A DNA stretch of 64,000 bases from Candidatus Aminicenantes bacterium. GTDB taxonomy: Bacteria > Acidobacteriota > Aminicenantia > Aminicenantales > Saccharicenantaceae. The translations under genes were made by a program, and so were the position numbers. The stretch spans positions 130,239-194,238 of the forward strand of contig JAGNLW010000001.1 of the NCBI GenBank assembly GCA_017999365.1. Direction: 5' to 3'. Positions 60,811 through 64,000 of this stretch are shown piece after piece (positions within the stretch are counted from its first letter, which is position 1; every line of letters starts with the position of its first letter). The notes under the pieces are model-generated. The model was not told where the DNA came from. It saw only the letters and a list, made by a program, of their open reading frames with translations, and did not search any database.

Positions 60811-63747
60811 CTAGTTGACGACGAGCGTGACGGAGTCCCTGACCTCGAGGCTGCCCGAGGTGGCCTCGACGGTGATCTCGTAAGTGCCGGCCGGCGTGCC
60901 GGTATCGCCGCCGCCCCCCCCGCCGCCCGCGCTGCAGCCCGCGGCGGCGACGATGAGGACGGCCAGAAGCCCGGCCGCGGCCAGGCGCGCGGCGAGGCGC
61001 GGGAACCCCGGCCTCGTCGCGGTCCGGACGGCCAGGAGGGCCAGGAGCGCGGCCAGGGCCAGCGGCGGGAGGAGCCCTCCCGGCGGCGGTAAGGCGGCCG
61101 GTCGTGCCGCGGTCCCCGCCCCCGAGCTCTTGCGGGCCGTCGTGGCGACGGTCATCGTGGCCGTGGCCCCGCCACTGCCGGGCGTCACGCTCGCCGGCGA
61201 GAAAGAGGCCGAAGCGCCCCGCGGCAGGCCGACGGCGCGCAGGGCGACCGAGGCGTCGAACGATCCGTAGCGAGGCGCCAGTTGGACCGTGAAGGTCCCG
61301 CTCGAGCCCGCGCTGAGGGTGGTCGAGGCGGGCGTCGCCTCGACCGTGAAATCGGTCACGGTGAACGCCGCCGGGGCCGTCAGGCCGCCGGCCGGGGCCG
61401 GGTTGACGACCACGATCTCGAATTCGCCGCCCGCGGCGATGTCCGCGGCCGGGATGGCCGCCCGCAGCTCCGTCGCGCCGACGAAGGTCGTCGGCCGATC
61501 CAAGCCGTTCCACCGGACGGAGGAGTTCGAGACGAAGCCCGTCCCCAGGACGGTCAGGGTGAAGTCGGCGCCGCCCCCGTTGGCCCGCGTCGGCGAAATC
61601 GAGGCCAACGTGGGCGCGGGATTCTCGACCGCGAACGTGAGGCCGTTAGACACGCCGCCGCCCGGCCCGCGGACGACGACGCTGACGAGCCCGCCCAGGG
61701 CCAAGTCGGAGGCGGGGATGGCCGCCTCGAGCCGGCCGGCGTCGACGAAGGCCGTCGGCCGGTCGTTCCCGTTCCAGGTCACCACGGCGCCCGGGACGAA
61801 GCCCGAGCCGATGACGGCCAGAGTGAAGGGCCCGCCGTTGACGGACGCGTTCGAGGGCGAGAGGGAGGCCGCCGTGAAGGCGTAGACCATGGGCCCGCTC
61901 AGCACCCCGGCCAGCGGGGCCCGGGCCGAGCCGCCCTGGCCGTCCTCGAATTGGAAGAAGTAACTGTGCTCGCCGGCGGCCAGCGCAGAGGTCGACCAGC
62001 GGTAGCGCCCGTCGGAGGCCGAGTAGGTCGTCGCGTGGGGGGTCCCGTCGACATAGACGTTCCGCACGGCCGGGGCGTCGCCGTCCTCGTCCGTGAACTG
62101 GACGGAGAACATGTAGGTGTCGGAGGGCGTGCCGCTCGACGGCGAGACCCGGGCGTAGAGGAGCTCCGGCGGGTGGTTGTAGTCCGGCCCGGCATAGGTG
62201 TAGTCGACCCAGGCGTAGACCTGTTCGCCGCCGTCGGCCGTCTTGGGCACCTGGGCCGAGGCGACCTCTGTGGCCGGGTCGGTGGTCAGGTCGACGATCT
62301 TGAAGGCCTTCAGGGTGGCCGGATCGCCGGCCGTGCCGTCGCGCATACCCAGATGATAGCGCCGGGCGCCGGCCCCCGCCGTCAGGATGTCGGTGAAGTC
62401 GAGGACGAACGTGCCGTCGACGGCCGTCGCCGAGCCGTCGAAGGCGAAGGCCCCGCCCTGGCCCCAGAGGGCGGTCGGAGGCCAGGTCGTCGAGGGAGTG
62501 GTGGCCGAGGTCGTCGATGTGCCCAGGGACAGCCGCATCTGGTCCCGCTTGGCGTGCTTGACCGTGAACTCGCCGGTCATCAGGGGCGTGTAGGAGTCCC
62601 GGACGGTCAGCAGGAAGACCATGTCGTTGAAGAAGGCCGGTTCGCGCGGCGTCGTCGGGGCGCCGGCGACGAGAGGGACCAGGCGCAGGGCGTCGTAGGC
62701 CAGCCAGGTGAAGCCGCCGTCGCGCCAGGAGCCGCCCCAGGAGTTGGCGATGCGCAGGGCGCCCTTCTCGCCGGTGTCGATGGCCCCGTTGCCGTTGATG
62801 TCGGTCCAGATCGCGTCGTTGTAGCCGACGACGGTCATGCCGTGCGAGCCTTCGGCGCCGTTGACCCAATAGCCGACGGCCTCGCCCACCGCGCCGTCGT
62901 CGGCGGCGGTCGAGGGATCGTCGAGGGCGGCCTTGAGCTGCCAGGACGAGACGTAGGTCCCGAAGACCATGACGTAACCGTTCGTCAGGAGCTGCTTGAG
63001 GAGGTCGAGCCCCGCGTCTTCGCTGACGTCCCGCAGGTACTGGACCGGGTCGATCCGGACGGCGAGGGCCCGCCGCCAGGCGGCCGGGTCCAGGCACCAG
63101 GCCTTGAAGTTCGTGTCGTAGGGGAAGTCGGCCCAAGTCACCGCCCCGTGGCGTTCGAGGAGGTCGTAGTTCTCGCCGAAGTACGTCCCCTCGTCCTTGC
63201 CGTCGTTGAGCATGTTGTAGGACCACTTCGGCGAGTACTTGTTCGTGTTGTCGGCCGGATCGCGGATGTCCATGTCGCGCTGGAACGCGGCCATGTAGGA
63301 GAGCTGGTAATAGGTGCTCGAGAACGAGGCGCACGAGCCGAGCGGGTTCTGGCTGCGGATAGGCGGGAAGAATTTGAGCAGGCTGTTGTCGACGGAGACC
63401 GGCAGGTCGCCGGCCGCGACGAGGGACGAGGCGGAGGCCAGGACGGCGGCCTCCCCCGGCCGGGCGGAGACGAGCTCGCCGCCGACCCGGTCGACGGCCC
63501 GGACCTCGAGAGGCGGCCGTCCCTGGGCGGAACGGGCGTCGTTGATCCGCTCGAGCCCCAGCCAGTTGACCCGGACCCCGGCGACGCGCGGGTGGGTCTC
63601 GACGAATTCCCGCAGGCGGGCCTCGTCCTCCCGGAGCAGGCCGGTCCGATGGCCCTCGTCCGGCGCGATATCCTGGGCGGGAGAGACCGCCAGGAGGAGG
63701 GCGCCGAGGAGCGCCGCGAGCAGAACCTTCCGGGAAGTCAGGGGCAT
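60811..63747 (-). CDS. Large secreted papain-like (C1 family) cysteine peptidase with Ig-like/IPT repeats and C-terminal hydrophobic sorting-like segments
   Basis: Signal peptide. NPLGSCASFSSTYYQ (Cys nucleophile region) and NSWGGSWRDGGFTWLAY (C1 Asn/Trp region). Repeated SPSxAS/NGG Ig-like modules. The C-terminus has ...GGLLPPLALAALLALLAVRTATR... then ...AAGLLAVLIVAAAGCS.... Confidence 0.7.
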   Translation of the reverse strand: MPLTSRKVLLAALLGALLLAVSPAQDIAPDEGHRTGLLREDEARLREFVETHPRVAGVRVNWLGLERINDARSAQGRPPLEVRAVDRVGGELVSARPGEAAVLASASSLVAAGDLPVSVDNSLLKFFPPIRSQNPLGSCASFSSTYYQLSYMAAFQRDMDIRDPADNTNKYSPKWSYNMLNDGKDEGTYFGENYDLLERHGAVTWADFPYDTNFKAWCLDPAAWRRALAVRIDPVQYLRDVSEDAGLDLLKQLLTNGYVMVFGTYVSSWQLKAALDDPSTAADDGAVGEAVGYWVNGAEGSHGMTVVGYNDAIWTDINGNGAIDTGEKGALRIANSWGGSWRDGGFTWLAYDALRLVPLVAGAPTTPREPAFFNDMVFLLTVRDSYTPLMTGEFTVKHAKRDQMRLSLGTSTTSATTPSTTWPPTALWGQGGAFAFDGSATAVDGTFVLDFTDILTAGAGARRYHLGMRDGTAGDPATLKAFKIVDLTTDPATEVASAQVPKTADGGEQVYAWVDYTYAGPDYNHPPELLYARVSPSSGTPSDTYMFSVQFTDEDGDAPAVRNVYVDGTPHATTYSASDGRYRWSTSALAAGEHSYFFQFEDGQGGSARAPLAGVLSGPMVYAFTAASLSPSNASVNGGPFTLAVIGSGFVPGAVVTWNGNDRPTAFVDAGRLEAAIPASDLALGGLVSVVVRGPGGGVSNGLTFAVENPAPTLASISPTRANGGGADFTLTVLGTGFVSNSSVRWNGLDRPTTFVGATELRAAIPAADIAAGGEFEIVVVNPAPAGGLTAPAAFTVTDFTVEATPASTTLSAGSSGTFTVQLAPRYGSFDASVALRAVGLPRGASASFSPASVTPGSGGATATMTVATTARKSSGAGTAARPAALPPPGGLLPPLALAALLALLAVRTATRPGFPRLAARLAAAGLLAVLIVAAAGCSAGGGGGGGDTGTPAGTYEITVEATSGSLEVRDSVTLVVN

Positions 63748-63825
63748 GGCTCGGCGTCCTTTCTCAGATTTAGTCTATTAAGACGGACGCCCGTTGAAAA
63801 GTCAAATAGGGACGGCCCGCCCCGT

Positions 63826-63855
63826 TTGACAGGAGGGCGCGGGCTCCCATAGAAT
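63826..63855 (+). promoter_or_regulatory. Sigma-70-like promoter TTGACA-18-TAGAAT upstream of the FGGY kinase gene
   Basis: TTGACA at 63826-63831 and TAGAAT at 63850-63855. The ATG at 63877 is preceded by GAGGA. Confidence 0.35.
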
Positions 63856-63876
63856 CCGGGGCGAGCGAGGACGAAC

Positions 63877-64000
63877 ATGCCCACCTACGCCGTCGGCGTC
63901 GATTCCGGCACCCAGGGAACGAAGGCCCTCGTCGTCGACGCGGCCACCGGCCGCGTCCTCGGCCGGGGAAGGGCACCCCACGTCCTGGTCCCGGGCCTCG
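63877..64000 (+). CDS. FGGY-family carbohydrate kinase, N-terminal fragment (continues beyond window)
   Basis: MPTYAVGVDSGTQGTKALVVDAATGRVLG matches the FGGY N-terminal phosphate-binding motif (GIDxGTxSxK). Confidence 0.6.
   Translation, partial: MPTYAVGVDSGTQGTKALVVDAATGRVLGRGRAPHVLVPGL

Noticed and set aside
1-64000. CRISPR arrays, rRNA genes, integrase/transposase genes
   Set aside because: No regularly spaced direct repeats, no rRNA-like sequence, and no recognisable transposase or integrase ORF. The MITE-like elements are non-autonomous.

Overview
High-GC (~70%) bacterial chromosomal window. Long antisense and overlapping ORFs are abundant and were discounted. I support about 55 real genes.

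Main content, in order along the window:
- A trio of zinc-ribbon proteins with an M48 metalloprotease.
- A GH97 glycosidase, then a C69 dipeptidase and a secreted Met-rich protein bracketed by two copies of a ~230-bp MITE-like inverted-repeat element.
- A KDG/hexuronate module (MFS transporter, eda, kdgK) next to an amino-sugar module (DUF4861-like, ROK kinase, PIG-L deacetylase, nagB).
- Sodium/solute symporter (SSS) and neurotransmitter:sodium symporter (NSS) transporter genes.
- A complete selenocysteine-decoding set: a DsbD-alpha-like protein, then selA, selD and selB in one operon, with a 95-nt tRNA-Sec (selC) about 9 kb downstream.
- A eukaryote-type protein-arginine deiminase homolog and a Kelch beta-propeller lipoprotein.
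- A glutamate-fermentation (methylaspartate) cluster under a GntR regulator: glutamate mutase S/L/E, methylaspartate ammonia-lyase and a class-I fumarase-type probable mesaconase, with three uncharacterised genes embedded.
- A 1552-aa AMP-binding/GNAT multidomain protein.
- A thioredoxin, small CxxC membrane protein and NapH-like polyferredoxin operon.
- An outer-membrane beta-barrel protein and a ~980-aa secreted papain-like protease.

Three genes look disrupted, two by frameshifts and one by an in-frame TGA.

Most novel candidates:
- The sel operon led by a DsbD-alpha-like protein, with a Cys-rich N-terminal extension on SelD.
- The methylaspartate cluster with a DUF1446/DUF4387/P-loop trio where a citramalate-cleaving step would be expected.
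- The paired MITE-like elements.
- The thioredoxin/polyferredoxin module.
- The giant ANL-GNAT protein.
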